A stretch of DNA of 63,098 bases, the filler included, from Octopus bimaculoides (taxonomy: Eukaryota), in the NCBI RefSeq assembly GCF_001194135.2. It is 5 parts of 4 records of this genome, joined end to end, with 100 filler letters (N's around TTAATTAATTAA, not from the genome) between each part and the next. Parts side by side here need not be neighbours in the genome. Positions count along the whole stretch, not along the records: positions 1 to 11,591 come from NC_068995.1; 4 more parts are not named here. One strand, 5' to 3'. Below, piece after piece: positions 1 through 11,591 of this stretch. The translations under genes were made by a program, and so were the position numbers. The notes beneath the pieces are model-generated. The model was given only the letters and a program-made list of their open reading frames with translations, was not told where the DNA came from and did not search any database. How positions within the stretch are numbered: the stretch's first letter is position 1; each line of letters opens with the position of its first letter.

Positions 1-36
<36 letters not shown>

Positions 37-92
37 TAATGCATATATATGTGTGTGTATGTATGTGTGTATGTATGTATGTATGTATGTAT

Positions 93-124
<32 letters not shown>

Positions 125-131
125 ATACACA
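1..131. repeat. compound microsatellite (TA)n/(TATG)n/(TG)n
   Basis: Direct reading of the sequence. Confidence 0.95.
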
Positions 132-264
132 TATGTGTCACACTGTTATATGCCTGTGTTGACGGTGTCGGGTGTGCGTATGAAAACGAGATTAGCTTTA
201 TCGTCCATAAAAGTCATCTTGCATGTACGCTTATTTAAACATACGCATAAGTATTCACATGTAC

Positions 265-306
<42 letters not shown>

Positions 307-385
307 NNNNNNNNNNNNNNNNNNNNNNNNNNNNNNNNNNNNNNNNNNNNNNNNNNNNNNNNNNNNNNNNNNNNNNNNNNNNNNN

Positions 386-430
<45 letters not shown>

Positions 431-500
431 ATATGGAGAGAGAGAGAGAGACTCAGACACACACCAACGCGTATGCATAATGCCAGTTTGACTCAACTCC

Positions 501-550
501 ACATTACTTAAAGTTTCGTGGGCGTAGGACACGGCCTCAGCATCAGATGT
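501..550 (-). ncRNA. degenerate type-I hammerhead ribozyme-like motif (Penelope-type)
   Basis: Minus strand ACAT-CTGATGC-[helix II]-GAAA-CTTTAAG-TA-ATGT; helix I ACAT/ATGT, near-palindromic helix III, GUA site; A9 replaced by C. Confidence 0.4.
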
Positions 551-620
551 TTTAAACATCTGATGAGCTGGTCGTGCCCCTATGCATTCTACTTTCTTGC
601 ATTTGTTGCTCATTCTTACA

Positions 621-745
621 AGTGGCCTAGTGATTAGAAGTGTTGGACTAGTGATTATAATAAGATCAGTTTTCGATTCCAGGACTGGATGGTGTTGTTT
701 GTCATTTTGTTCCACTCAGCTGAGGTAAACACTAGATGAATATAT
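621..745 (+). mobile_element. degenerate tRNA-derived SINE 5' part
   Basis: A-box-like GTGGCCTAGTG and B-box-like TTTCGATTCC, followed by core TTCCACTCAGCTG shared with the 1125-1453 copy. Confidence 0.5.
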
Positions 746-1124
746 GTGCAGCCTTCTCCCTTCAACTCTCAGATTTTCCTTGTTCCGCTAAATCAAGGAC
801 AGGATTCTCTAGGAGTTGTTTATGTCTGTTCACGATTCTATAGACATCTAAAACAATTGACGAAATAATCGTACCTGCCGTCATGTCACACTCGCTTGCA
901 AATGACGGCTATGTTCATATATGTGCGTGTATTTGTTTGAGCGTGTATCCATGTGTGTACATATGTGTATGTGTGTGTCAGTGTATATGTATGGAGAATG
1001 TAAATACAATGAACATTTGAAGGTGTTACACAAGAAAAACACTGTATTGATTCTTTTAATCTTTTACGTGTTTCAGTTTTTTGAACCGCGGCCTTGTTGG
1101 GATACAGCCTTGAAATATGTACAT

Positions 1125-1453
1125 AAAGAGCCCCTTCGGTCATGAATGACAATGGGATTGCACCTAGAAAGTTCCCCTCCGAGGCAGAAGTCTGGGCAAG
1201 GTTGCATATGGAAGACCAGCAGTTGTCTATGCATATCATCCTCCCCTCTCCTCGCCACTGTTGTTATCCAAATGAAAAGCAAAAACCGATACAGCTTGGC
1301 ACCAGTGACGTCGCAACTCATTTCTACAGCTGAGTGAAGTGGAGCAACATGAAATAAAGTGTCTTGCTCAGGAACACAACACATAACCCGGTCTGAGAAT
1401 CAAATTCACTATCTCATGATTGTGAGCCCGACGCACTGAGCCAAGTGCCTTCA
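1125..1453 (-). mobile_element. tRNA-derived SINE, near full length
   Basis: Minus strand: tRNA-like head TGGCTCAGTG...GAATTTGATTCTC, core CTGAGCAAGACACTTTATTTCATGTTGCTCC, tail ...GTCATTCATGACCGAAGGGG (tail also at 60128-60165). Confidence 0.8.
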
Positions 1454-1776
1454 ACAGATACCTAGAATATCTCATATCCCGAACTAAAGGCTTATAGCTC
1501 GGATTAACGTAACATATACACATCTGCTTTGCTGTATATACTACAAATTCCTTCAATTTTGTCTCCATCCCTTTCCATAGACATTGCAGCCATTCTTCTA
1601 ATTATTTTGTAATTATTCAGTAAACACTTTCAGGGGAAAAAATACCTCGTTTTCGGATGGGTTTAGACAAGTATTATGAAGCACAGGTGTATCTATAATC
1701 TACACATTTAACCGCAAGTTTTGTTTGAATTTTCTTAAATTTCTTTTCACGCATACGCCCACATACGCACTGAGAC

Positions 1777-1854
<78 letters not shown>

Positions 1855-2377
1855 TTGCAAAACACGTCGTCGCAATCTTCGTGACGTTAATTGTTGTTAT
1901 TGTAGTTGTCATGATTACAGTTGCTATCGTTGATCTTTTTCTCTTCTACATTCTGCTTGTTACAGTCATTATACTGCGGTCAGCAGCAGCAGCAGTAGCG
2001 GCAATTGTTCTGTGTCGTTGATGATGCCTTATTGTTGCTAACGCTGTAGATACTTTTGTTGATGTTGCTATTGCTCTTACTATTCGTTGCATCTGCAGTA
2101 GTTGTAATGGCTGTTGTTACAATATTATGATCTTTGTTGCGACGTTTACTATCGTAATTGCTAATGTTTTTTTTTTTCATACAGTGCTATGTTGCTATTA
2201 TAGCAACCGTAGTTTTCGTTGGCATTGTTGCTACTGTAACTACAGTTGCTATCGCGATTCTTTATGTTATTGTTGCAATTTCTGCTGTCGTTGCTGCTAA
2301 CTTTATTGTTATTTCTTATCTGTAGTTGTTATTGCTTTCGGACTGACTATTGTTGTTACAGTTTTTGTTGTTACTAA

Positions 2378-2494
2378 GCCGGCAAGCTGACAGAATCGTC
2401 AGCACACCGGGAGATATGCTTAGCGATATTTCGTCTGCCGCTATGTTCTGAGTTCAAATTCCGCCGAGGTCGACTTTACCTTTCATCCTTTCGG
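2378..2494 (+). mobile_element. tRNA-derived SINE (GGCGGTGAGCTGGCAGAATCG family), 3' truncated
   Basis: Head GCAAGCTGACAGAATCGTCAGC, B-box GAGTTCAAATTCC, GGTCGACTTTACCTTTCATCC. Confidence 0.85.
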
Positions 2495-2544
2495 ATGAAA
2501 TCTTTGCTCTTGTAGCAAAATTTGAAACCATCGTTGATGTTACT

Positions 2545-2766
2545 AAGGCGGTGAGCTGGCAGAATCGTTAGCACGCCGGGTAAAATGCTTAGCGGTATAT
2601 CGTACGTCCGTTCTGAGTTCTGAGTTCAAATTCCACCGAGGTCGACCTTACCTTTCATCATTCCGGAGTCGATAAACTCAGTATTAGTTAAGCACTGAGG
2701 TATTACAATGGACTGACCCCTACCATGACATTTCAGGCTTTGCCCCTATAGTGGAACGGATCATTA
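2545..2766 (+). mobile_element. tRNA-derived SINE, full length
   Basis: Same head and B-box; tail CAGGCTTTGCCCCTATAGTGGAACGGA. Confidence 0.85.
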
Positions 2767-2884
2767 TTGATGTCACTGTCGAAATTTTCATTGATTATGT
2801 TGTTGTAATTGATCTTATTACGATTGCTAATGTTACCGTCCTCGTAGTTGTTGCTATTGGAGTCATCATTGTTACCATTGTATT

Positions 2885-3100
2885 AAGACAGCAAGCTGGC
2901 CGAATCGTTAGCCCGGCGAAGAAATTGCTTAATCACATTTCGTCCGTTCATACGTTCTGAGTTCAAATTCTGCCGAGGTGCACTTAGACTTTCATCCTTT
3001 TGGGGTGGATAAAATCACTATCAATCAAATACTTGAGTCAATGTAAACGAGTAGCCCCACTCTCCCTCAAATTTCAGGCCTTGTGCCTATATGAGAAAGT
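2885..3100 (+). mobile_element. tRNA-derived SINE, full length, diverged
   Basis: Same head and B-box; tail CAGGCCTTGTGCCTATATGAGAAAG. Confidence 0.85.
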
Positions 3101-4300
3101 CTTACTGGTCTTGTTGTTGCTATCGTCACACCTGCAGCTGTTATTTCCTTCGTACCCTTGATCGATGATCTTGTTATTCTTATCGTTGCTGTTGCTAACG
3201 TGACTGTAGTTGCTGCTATTGTTAATACCGTAGCTGTTACTGCTTCCGTACTCATTACTGTTGCTATTATTATTATTATTATTGGTAGTGTTATTGCTGC
3301 TGCTGCCTTCGTATTTATCATTAGTCTTTGTTGTTGCTATCGTTGTTATCATAGCTGTTCTAATGTAGTTGCCATCGCCTTTTGTTTCACTGTTGGTGCT
3401 ACTGTTCTTCTTGTTATTACTATTGGTTTTATTCTTACCTTTGCTTTTATTGCTATTGTTGTTGTTGCTACTGTAATAATCGCTTTTTTTGTTATTGCTA
3501 ATGTTGCTAATATTATAGTCATCGGTCTTTGTTCTTTACAATTTTTTTTTCTTATTATTTTTGTTATTAAACTTGTCATTGTTTTCATTCTTCCTACTCT
3601 TACTATGGCGGTAACTGTTGCCCTTTTCCTTGTTGTTGCTGTCACATTTATTTCATCGTAGTTGTTGCTATTGTTGTTGCTCTGTATTCCAGATCGTTTA
3701 ACGCCGGTCTGCGCATGTGTTAAGCCCGCAGGAGGTACCGCTGACTTCAACTCTATGAAAACACTTTGTCAACAATGATGAGTTGCTTCAAGTCGTTCCT
3801 TAGCAATTTCAACTGATGTTTACATTTTTTTTTTTTGAGGAGGGGGGGGTTCTTTTTTTTAGTTTTCTATCATTTTATTATTTCTTTGCTCTTCTTTTGT
3901 TGATTTGTTTTTCCTGCCGAAACAGGAATAAGTCAATACGACTACGGAGTAAATATTGTTTACCCAGGTTTTCCACTGGCTCTGATCTACCAACCATAAA
4001 TACTGTAGTTTAAGCAGTTTTGCCGGCCGAAGAAGCCACACATACATATATACACAAACATACACATGCACATGTACATACCTATATACATTCACATACA
4101 CACATCGAAGCATTCACACTCACACACACACACACACACACACATATATGNNNNNNNNNNNNNNNNNNNNNNNNNNNNNNNNNNNNNNNNNNNNNNNNNN
4201 NNNNNNNNNNNNNNNNNNNNNNNNNNNNNNNNNNNNNNNNNNNNNNNNNNNNNNNNNNNNNNNNNNNNNNNNNNNNNNNNNNNNNNNNNNNNNNNNNNNN

Positions 4301-4337
<37 letters not shown>

Positions 4338-5137
4338 ATATACATATACATATATATGTATACATACAGACACATAATTATATACATAAATATACACATA
4401 CACACACACATATATGTGTGTGTGTGTATGTATGTATTTGTGCGTGTGTTTATATATGCATATTTACATATGTATGCGTGTATGTGTGTGTAATATATGT
4501 GTGTGCATGTGTGTGTGTGTGTGAGAGAGTGCATATATTCACAGAAAGAGAGGAGGAGAGAAGACGATAATCGAAGTATAGTGGAGAATTAGAAACGAGT
4601 TTTCAGTTAAGCCAAGTTACGGCCACACACACACACACATACATATTCAAATACAGATTCAGGCACAAGTAAGTACACATAGGCACACAAAGGGACGTGT
4701 TTACACAGAATGTTTGCCGATAAACTGACGTGTATTGCATCTAAGTACGTACGTTCGTATGAATGTGTATACACACACAAGTATGCAAGGGTGTGTACTA
4801 CCATGCATGTATGTATGTATATGTATATATGCATTACATGTACACAGGCATGAATGAATGCATATCAATATATATATATATATATATGAATATGTATGTA
4901 TATGCGTATCTGTGTACGTATATATATATATGTGCGCGTGTGTGTGCTTGTGTATGTGTGTATTTATATGTATGTCTGTATATATACCTATGTGTGTGTG
5001 TGTACGTATGTGTGGGTGTGTTCTGGTGAGTGCTTGACTGATTATATGTGTGCATACGTATACATATACATTGTCTTCTCAGATAAAGCGATTCCTATAT
5101 ATCCAATATGTCATACGCGCGCATGTGTGTGTTTAGG

Positions 5138-5204
<67 letters not shown>
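5138..5204. repeat. (GATA)n microsatellite
   Basis: Perfect tetranucleotide run ending at an N gap. Confidence 0.95.
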
Positions 5205-5543
5205 NNNNNNNNNNNNNNNNNNNNNNNNNNNNNNNNNNNNNNNNNNNNNNNNNNNNNNNNNNNNNNNNNNNNNNNNNNNNNNNNNNNNNNNNNNNNNNNN
5301 NNNNNNNNNNNNNNNNNNNNNNNNNNNNNNNNNNNNNNNNNNNNNNNNNNNNNNNNNNNNNNNNNNNNNNNNNNNNNNNNNNNNNNNNNNNNNNNNNNNN
5401 NNNNNNNNNNNNNNNNNNNNNNNNNNNNNNNNNNNNNNNNNNNNNNNNNNNNNNNNNNNNNNNNNNNNNNNNNNNNNNNNNNNNNNNNNNNNNNNNNNNN
5501 NNNNNNNNNNNNNNNNNNNNNNNNNNNNNNNNNNNNNNNNNNN

Positions 5544-5914
5544 ACACAGTAATGTTCTCGTGTAAAAAGAGGGGAGGACAGTTTAGGTTTAGCCGTGGAA
5601 GGAAAAGCCCACGGAAAAGACCACGGTAACCTTGGTCAATATTCTCATTGAAGAAACTATAACAGTAAGTGACTCTCTTTTGCCTTTTTGTTTTATTTTT
5701 TTTTTCTTGTTCATAGGGTTATGCTCAAGATGGCTCCGTCGTTCACACGTGCCATCCTTGCTACATTCACCCATCTTTTTTTGAAGCATTCACTAGACAA
5801 GACTTCCCTTTCTACTCTCAACTTCCTCTTCAGGTGATACTTGAAGAAGTTGATGAGAGATTGCCCAGAGAGGAAAGTCTTTGTCTCTAGACCTTTCAGA
5901 CACGTCCACCATAC
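5544..5914 (-). mobile_element. Tx1/L1-clade LINE 3' fragment (ORF2 C-terminus + 3' UTR)
   Basis: Minus 5914-5711 is open: VWWTCLKGLETKTFLSGQSLINFFKYHLKRKLRVEREVLSSECFKKRWVNVARMARVNDGAILSITL*, resembling Tx1 ORF2 C-termini (W..R ... E ... F...W). Confidence 0.6.
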
Positions 5915-5984
5915 TAGATAGATAGATAGATAGATATATAGATAGATATAAAACTATGTTTGTAGTATGTATTGTGTATACATA

Positions 5985-6083
5985 GAGGTGCAGGCATGGT
6001 CCCATGGTAAGAAGTTTGTTTCCCAATCACATGGATCCGTGTTCAAATTCACTGCGTACCAACTTGGGCGGTGGTATTTTACT
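5985..6083 (+). mobile_element. tRNA-derived SINE head (second family)
   Basis: GGCATGGTCCCATGGTAAGAAGTTTGTTTCCCAATCACATGGATCCGTGTTCAAATTC...CTTGGGC. Confidence 0.75.
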
Positions 6084-6099
6084 TGTCCTATTCATTAGA

Positions 6100-6310
6100 C
6101 GGTTTTTGTTGAATGAATCGACCCCAGTAATTATTTTTTCTTCAGCCTGCACTTATTCTATCGGTCTCTTTGCGGAACCCCTTGGTTACGGGGACGTAAA
6201 CACACCAACACTGGTTGTCAAGCGGTGGTGGCAAACGAAAACAGACACAAAGATACACACATAAATATATATGTACATATATATGACAGGCTTCTTTCAG
6301 TTTCTGTCTA
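6100..6310 (-). mobile_element. body/tail of the same SINE family in opposite orientation
   Basis: Minus strand TAGACAGAAACTGAAAGAAGCC...CACCGCTTGACAACCAGTGTTGG...GAGACCGATAGAATAAG...CTGGGGTCGATT; homologous to 43240-43413. Confidence 0.8.
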
Positions 6311-6337
6311 TCGTTGTTACTATTATTGATGTAACTA

Positions 6338-6413
6338 AAGCGGTGAGCTGGCAGATTCGTTAGCATGCCGGGTAAAATGCATAGCGGCATTTCTTCCGTC
6401 CGCACGTTCTGAA
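6338..6413 (+). mobile_element. SINE 5' fragment
   Basis: GCGGTGAGCTGGCAGATTCGTTAGC...ACGTTCTGA matches the 2545 copy. Confidence 0.8.
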
Positions 6414-6681
6414 TCTTTGGTCAGCCCAAGGCTTAGGTGCCACGTCGTCGGACTGAAATCTAAATCATGTGGTTGGGAAGCATGCGCCTGGTGTACCCTT
6501 ATCAGACGGGTAGTCCTGATGGGTATACTGGGCTTCGTATATTTTACCCCAGTGTCATTTTGATGGTTTGCACTGCTCTCTCACTCAATAATAATAATGA
6601 TAATAATAATAATAATCACATATTACAAAGATGTACTTGCATAGCAAGTGACTTGATCTGAGATCGTGTGCTGATACAAAA

Positions 6682-7463
6682 ATAATTGCAGCGTGGAAAT
6701 TGTTTGTAAGCCATTTAAGAACGCGCAAAAAAACGTTAGATTCAATTCTACATTTAAATTTTAATTTGCGTCAATTGATGTGATAGCATGTGTGTCTGTG
6801 TTAGCATCATGTATACATAATAATAGACAGGCCGTCATGAGAACAAAGTGTATGTATGTCTGTGTATAGATATGGATTTATGCGCGTGTTTTAAGTGCAT
6901 TTAGGATGGCAATAAAGGAGACAGTAAAAGTGTCCATAACTATCGAAGTGAGGAGTAAGGTTATAGACACAAGAAAGATAATAATACCAGTTCGTAATCA
7001 GTCATACACAATAGTTGAAATATTGTATCAAGAAGTCGCGGCTAAGATGCTGAGCCGGTTACAGGTACATGTCGTACGTGAGGTCATAGCTGTGACGCTA
7101 CTGCCTGTGTCACTTGTACAGGAGTTCATGCAGGCTGTATATTCGCTGTTGATCCGTGAAATAATTCACGAACTGTGAACTGTTGGAACCTGGATGAATT
7201 GCTTGCTGAGCTGTGTACGTAGAGAAATGATGTTGAAGACGTTAAGAAGGACATGATGGTGGCGACGAAGAAGGAGGTTGGCGCAATGGTGTCGGACGAC
7301 GTTGGTAAGTCTCAGTGTAGCTGATGTGATAGTGGGTTGTCTGGAGATGTCGATGGAACTGGCTGTGTCTTTGTGGTCAATGGCTAGACCTTAAAATGCC
7401 TGGAACCATACATCCATGTTTACACACACACACTTTGTTCTCTATTATTCTGTATACATGACG

Positions 7464-7494
<31 letters not shown>

Positions 7495-7598
7495 ATGTTA
7501 TCAATTGACACAAATTAAATTTAAATGTTGAAGTGAATCTAACGGATTTTTTGTGTGCTCTTAAATGGCTTACAAACAATTTTCACGCTGCAATTGTT
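6682..7598. repeat. ~98-bp inverted repeat pair (6682-6779 / 7500-7598)
   Basis: AATTGCAGCGTGGAAATTGTTTGTAAGCCATTTAAG...TCAATTGAT matches the reverse complement of 7500-7598 with scattered substitutions. Confidence 0.85.
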
Positions 7599-7610
7599 TC
7601 TATATATACA

Positions 7611-7644
<34 letters not shown>

Positions 7645-7646
7645 TG

Positions 7647-7649
<3 letters not shown>

Positions 7650-7738
<89 letters not shown>

Positions 7739-7742
7739 GAGA
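7650..7742. repeat. (GA)n microsatellite
   Basis: Direct reading. Confidence 0.95.
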
Positions 7743-8029
7743 TGTGTTTTTCTTTTGTTTTGCATGATTCTATCTTAGCGACAGATCTAGGGAAAGGGGA
7801 AACGAGAGTATGCCATTCATATAGTTGCAAATTGTGATGAAAGGATTCTGACAAACCAGTTGATTAATTCATTGATTGGTTGATTCAGTGAGTGAGTGAG
7901 TGAGTGAGTGAGTGAGTGGTTTATTGATTGGTCGAAAGATTAATCGTACAATCATTTAGTTAACTGATCAATTATTTGAATAATAATAATACTAATAATA
8001 ATAATAGCAGCAGCAACAACAGGGACAAA

Positions 8030-8031
<2 letters not shown>

Positions 8032-8110
<79 letters not shown>
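8032..8110. repeat. compound (CAG)n(TAG)n microsatellite
   Basis: Direct reading. Confidence 0.95.
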
Positions 8111-8111
<1 letters not shown>

Positions 8112-8505
8112 AAATAAAAACATGTGCCTGATATCCTATTTGCAGAATGATCCTCCCAAAGAACCAAAACATTTTCTACATCGTTTTTAATTCATTATTG
8201 CGTGTTCCGACGATTGTAAGCATCTCGTTTTTTATGCGTGCGGTCAGAAAACAGGAAAACAGCACCATTTACACTTTTATATGTTACCCAATATCTTCCT
8301 TATAAACTATCACATAAGGGGCTGCTGTATAGTAGATGAATATATTATTATATCTAACACTTTCGTTGCAGCGAGATTGAAAATTTGATCCTAGATTTGT
8401 TAAGCGTATTGCGTTCCGTTGTTATAGAGTACGAGAGAACATGTATAAAACAACAAAACGAAATAGCAGCTATACCAGCAATTTAACAACAGAAACAACA
8501 TTTAT

Positions 8506-8571
8506 AGGCGCAGTAGCGGCTGTGTAGTAAGTAGTTTGCTTACCAACCACGGAAACTGAAAGAAGCCCGTC

Positions 8572-8574
<3 letters not shown>
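8506..8574 (+). mobile_element. internally deleted SINE (head fused to GGAAACTGAAAGAAGCCCGTCG body)
   Basis: Junction CCAACCAC|GGAAACTG at 8550/8551. Confidence 0.7.
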
Positions 8575-8613
<39 letters not shown>

Positions 8614-11591
8614 AGTTGAATGGTAATTAATAAATTACAATCCAAAGTGCCTGCCTTGAAGGCAGTTTTTGAGTCGGTTTTACTGTGCTGTGCTCAAACG
8701 AAACGCGATTTGAAAAAAATAATAACGAAACGAAAAAACCGTGGGTAAGAATGCATAGGTATGTCAAGTTTGATCAAAATCGGACGACTTTTTGAAGAAA
8801 TCGGTAATNNNNNNNNNNNNNNNNNNNNNNNNNNNNNNNNNNNNNNNNNNNNNNNNNNNNNNNNNNNNNNNNNNNNNNNNNNNNNNNNNNNNNNNNNNNN
8901 NNNNNNNNNNNNNNNNNNNNNNNNNNNNNNNNNNNNNNNNNNNNNNNNNNNNNNNNNNNNNNNNNNNNNNNNNNNNNNNNNNNNNNNNNNNNNNNNNNNN
9001 NNNNNNNNNNNNNNNNNNNNNNNNNNNNNNNNNNNNNNNNNNNNNNNNNNNNNNNNNNNNNNNNNNNNNNNNNNNNNNNNNNNNNNNNNNNNNNNNNNNN
9101 NNNNNNNNNNNNNNNNNNNNNNNNNNNNNNNNNNNNNNNNNNNNNNNNNNNNNNNNNNNNNNNNNNNNNNNNNNNNNNNNNNNNNNNNNNNNNNNNNNNN
9201 NNNNNNNNNNNNNNNNNNNNNNNNNNNNNNNNNNNNNNNNNNNNNNNNNNNNNNNNNNNNNNNNNNNNNNNNNNNNNNNNNNNNNNNNNNNNNNNNNNNN
9301 NNNNNNNNNNNNNNNNNNNNNNNNNNNNNNNNNNNNNNNNNNNNNNNNNNNNNNNNNNNNNNNNNNNNNNNNNNNNNNNNNNNNNNNNNNNNNNNNNNNN
9401 NNNNNNNNNNNNNNNNNNNNNNNNNNNNNNNNNNNNNNNNNNNNNNNNNNNNNNNNNNNNNNNNNNNNNNNNNNNNNNNNNNNNNNNNNNNNNNNNNNNN
9501 NNNNNNNNNNNNNNNNNNNNNNNNNNNNNNNNNNNNNNNNNNATATATATATATATACATATGTTCGTGTATGTTTGTGTGTATATCTGTCTACGCGCGC
9601 GTCTGCTTGCAAGTATGTTTTCCTACCTGAGCCAGTTCTTCTGCTTTGTGTTTCTTTTAGTGATACCCCCAAGAGATCTCAACGTTCTGTAACAGATAAC
9701 AAGAATGCGCGTGTTGTATGTTGTTGTACATGCATACATCTGAACTTTAAACAGAAAACATCACACTGAAATACAGGGATCAAGATGTGTACTGCCCTTC
9801 CCCACCGACGCCACCGTCATGTTACACATTTTGCAACGGACCCCACCACCACCACCACCATAAGTACTACTACTACAACCGTTATTTCAAACAATGCTGT
9901 CTTCAACCCCTTTACTGCCGAGACAGCTACCACCCCTGGGGGAAAGAAATAGTGACGAAATTAGTTTCCGAGACAAGGAGGTATTTCTGTAAATAACCTT
10001 GACTACAAAGGCGTTACCACCCATGCAGACGTCGCCATACTAACATACACATGCATGCATNNNNNNNNNNNNNNNNNNNNNNNNNNNNNNNNNNNNNNNN
10101 NNNNNNNNNNNNNNNNNNNNNNNNNNNNNNNNNNNNNNNNNNNNNNNNNNNNNNNNNNNNNNNNNNNNNNNNNNNNNNNNNNNNNNNNNNNNNNNNNNNN
10201 NNNNNNNNNNNNNNNNNNNNNNNNNNNNNNNNNNNNNNNNNNNNNNNNNNNNNNNNNNNNNNNNNNNNNNNNNNNNNNNNNNNNNNNNNNNNNNNNNNNN
10301 NNNNNNNNNNNNNNNNNNNNNNNNNNNNNNNNNNNNNNNNNNNNNNNNNNNNNNNNNNNNNNNNNNNNNNNNNNNNNNNNNNNNNNNNNNNNNNNNNNNN
10401 NNNNNNNNNNNNNNNNNNNNNNNNNNNNNNNNNNNNNNNNNNNNNNNNNNNNNNNNNNNNNNNNNNNNNNNNNNNNNNNNNNNNNNNNNNNNNNNNNNNN
10501 NNNNNNNNNNNNNNNNNNNNNNNNNNNNNNNNNNNNNNNNNNNNNNNNNNNNNNNNNNNNNNNNNNNNNNNNNNNNNNNNNNNNNNNNNNNNNNNNNNNN
10601 NNNNNNNNNNNNNNNNNNNNNNNNNNNNNNNNNNNNNNNNNNNNNNNNNNNNNNNNNNNNNNNNNNNNNNNNNNNNNNNNNNNNNNNNNNNNNNNNNNNN
10701 NNNNNNNNNNNNNNNNNNNNNNNNNNNNNNNNNNNNNNNNNNNNNNNNNNNNNNNNNNNNNNNNNNNNNNNNNNNNNNNNNNNNNNNNNNNNNNNNNNNN
10801 NNNNNNNNNNNNNNNNNNNNNNNNNNNNNNNNNNNNNNNNNNNNNNNNNNNNNNNNNNNNNNNNNNNNNNNNNNNNNNNNNNNNNNATATATACATATAT
10901 ATATATATATGACCTATTTGTTTTCAAGAAATGTATGTGTGCATATGTAGTTATGTATGAATGTATGTGTATATGTATATAAGTATATATCCCTGTATAA
11001 ATGAATGTGTGTATGTATGTATTTTTGACGATATACGCGAGTTGTCATTTACGTGGAGATATATCAAATGGAAATGGTAATTTTAATGTTCCGTCTTTTC
11101 CCAAGGGAACTGGGGGAAACCATAGTCGTATGTGAAACGGAGCGGTTAAAATTGGAATCGAAACCCGGTTAGCAATATACAATGCACTGCAATTATTTAC
11201 TTACCGACTGCACGCGCTGTGGTTGTCCTTCTATCTCTCATGCCGAACCGCAAACAGTTCGTTGTTTACTTTGGTTGGATTTTTCTGTGTTCCCTGGTTT
11301 GATTGCTTCTTCGTGCTTCTTTTATAAGTCATATATTGTGTGTAAATGGTTAGAGATTGTATATCGATTGTGCTGGTGGTAGTGTGGTGTTCGTGGTATG
11401 AATTTGGTTGCTATTTCTAGCATGTCCTGCGACCAGATAGTGGATTTCTTCGTGGAAGTTGGTGGTTGTGCCATAGTTAGCATCTTTTCTTCTATCTAAC
11501 TGTCTCTTTCCTTATCTTTTTGTCACCTTTCTCTTTCTCTCTTTCTCTCTTTCTCTCTTTGTGCATGTGTGTGGGTATATAAATATATATA

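Larger units (their letters stand above)
1860..3680. repeat. degenerate trinucleotide-periodic low-complexity tract (TTG/TAT/GCT)
   Basis: Continuous ~3-nt periodic GTT/ATT/GCT motifs; gives spurious V/I/A-rich and N/T/S-rich ORFs. Confidence 0.85.

Noticed and set aside
2545-2640. tRNA gene calls at SINE heads
   Set aside because: A/B boxes run directly into SINE bodies; no complete cloverleaf recognised.
3158-3661. 167-aa hydrophobic ORF resembling a membrane protein (and antisense N/T/S-rich ORFs)
   Set aside because: Translation of a degenerate trinucleotide tract; no domain signal.
8694-10950. Long ORFs of 250-360 aa here and at 15370-16390, 32437-33438, 37204-38303, 41216-42256, 59549-60275
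   Set aside because: Produced by reading through N gaps and dinucleotide repeats.
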